Below are positions 23,181-24,000 of a stretch of 24,000 bases of DNA, one piece after another. The notes below the pieces were generated by a model that made no database searches, had not been told where the DNA came from, and saw only the letters and a program-made list of their open reading frames with translations. Both the position numbers and the translations under genes were made by a program. Numbering within the stretch: the first letter of the stretch is position 1; each line of letters opens with the position of its first letter. This DNA comes from Bacillota bacterium (GTDB lineage: Bacteria; Bacillota; Clostridia; Christensenellales; Aristaeellaceae), in the NCBI GenBank assembly GCA_023416585.1, contig JAEZHM010000088.1:35967-59966 (forward strand), given 5' to 3'.

Positions 23181-24000
23181 ATGAAAGTAGCGGAAGCCTT
23201 GGTACAAATTCTGGTTAGGGAAGGAATAAAGGATGCCTTTGGTATACCGGGAGCGGGGATTAACCCAGTGTACAAGTATCTGGAGCATGCACCAATCGCA
23301 CATTACTGTATGCGGCATGAGGAGGCTTGTACCCATGCAGCCGATGCCTATTTTAGGGCTAGTCACCAGATTGCGCTAGCAATCTGTACCTCGGGACCAG
23401 GCGCAACCAATTTTGTTACAGGTTTATACACGGCTTTTATTGATTCCATTCCTTTTCTAGCCATAACAGGCCAGGCAAATACCTGGCAGATGGAGAAGGA
23501 AGCCTTCCAGTGCGTAGACATCGCGTCTATCGCAAAGACTGTAGCCAAGAAGACCTATTGCTTGATGAAGGGGGAGGACATGCCGGATGTGCTCCAGGAG
23601 GCTTTTTATCTGATGCGCAGCGGCCGGCCTGGGCCTGTGCTTATCGATATTCCCCTTGACGTGCAGCAGCAAGAGATTACATTTGACATTAACGCATATC
23701 AGCCCCTCCCTGTTGAAAAGAGACAGCCCGCTCAGGAGGGGATCAATGCGGCCCTTGATATGCTGGACAGTGCAAAGGCACCCCTGATTATCATGGGTGG
23801 CGGTGTGACACTGAGCGAGTCGGAGCAGGATGTCATCGCCCTGGCGGAGTTTTTGAAGATTCCTGTGATCACCACCTATATGGCCAAAGGCGGATTGCCC
23901 GAGAACCATCCTCTCAACGCAGGCCACGCTGGAATCCAGGTGGGTCAGCCCATCGGCAATAAGTTACTTTTGGAATCTGATATAGTTCTGGGCATCGGCT
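23181..24000 (+). CDS. Thiamine-diphosphate enzyme, acetolactate-synthase/glyoxylate-carboligase family (5' part; continues past the window)
   Basis: Hand translation from ATG 23181 (GGAGG 8 nt upstream): MKVAEALVQILVREGIKDAFGIPGAGINPVYKYLEH...MRHEEACTHAADAYFRAS...CTSGPGATNFVTGLYTAFIDSIPFLAITGQ...EAFYLMRSGRPGPVLIDIPLDVQQQEITFD...APLIIMGGGV. This is the canonical ThDP N-terminal and central domain, and 'LMRSGRPGPVL.D.P.DVQ' is very Gcl/ALS-like. It is not in the ORF track because it has no stop in the window. Confidence 0.88.
   Translation, partial: MKVAEALVQILVREGIKDAFGIPGAGINPVYKYLEHAPIAHYCMRHEEACTHAADAYFRASHQIALAICTSGPGATNFVTGLYTAFIDSIPFLAITGQANTWQMEKEAFQCVDIASIAKTVAKKTYCLMKGEDMPDVLQEAFYLMRSGRPGPVLIDIPLDVQQQEITFDINAYQPLPVEKRQPAQEGINAALDMLDSAKAPLIIMGGGVTLSESEQDVIALAEFLKIPVITTYMAKGGLPENHPLNAGHAGIQVGQPIGNKLLLESDIVLGIG

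Overview
The window looks like it comes from a Gram-positive anaerobe of Clostridia type. Most genes have strong GGAGG Shine-Dalgarno sites, the sugar ABC transporter is LplABC-like, and most genes count roughly 55-63% GC by hand. There are three blocks.
(1) 1-5.2 kb holds a partial DUF4886/SGNH-like hydrolase, a DUF998-like membrane protein, a MATE efflux pump and a small orphan ORF. It also holds a 458-aa protein made of three tandem CBM4/9-like modules with no export signal.
(2) 5.2-8.2 kb is a conspicuously low-GC segment (about 33-40% in spot counts). It carries a minus-strand arsR-family / hgcA / hgcB mercury-methylation operon with a predicted self-regulated promoter. Next to it are two tRNA-Ser genes (GCT, TGA) with a consensus promoter, and about 600 nt of AT-rich DNA that no gene explains.
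(3) 8.2-21.7 kb is a sugar-utilisation locus. It has a membrane-anchored one-component AraC-type regulator whose coding sequence contains a G10 tract. It also has a solute-binding protein plus two permeases with no ATPase, and two cytoplasmic glycoside-hydrolase-like proteins. An SDR, an SMP-30 lactonase, an enolase-superfamily dehydratase and a DHDPS-family lyase together look like an oxidative, non-phosphorylative sugar-acid route. The last gene is a flavin-reductase-like protein.
The right end (21.7-23.2 kb) is decayed DNA containing a chimeric GH38/GH125 alpha-mannosidase pseudogene, followed by the 5' part of a ThDP enzyme of the acetolactate-synthase/glyoxylate-carboligase family.
I saw no CRISPR array, transposase, integrase or recognisable defence system. 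All family calls are motif recognition by eye, with no database search.
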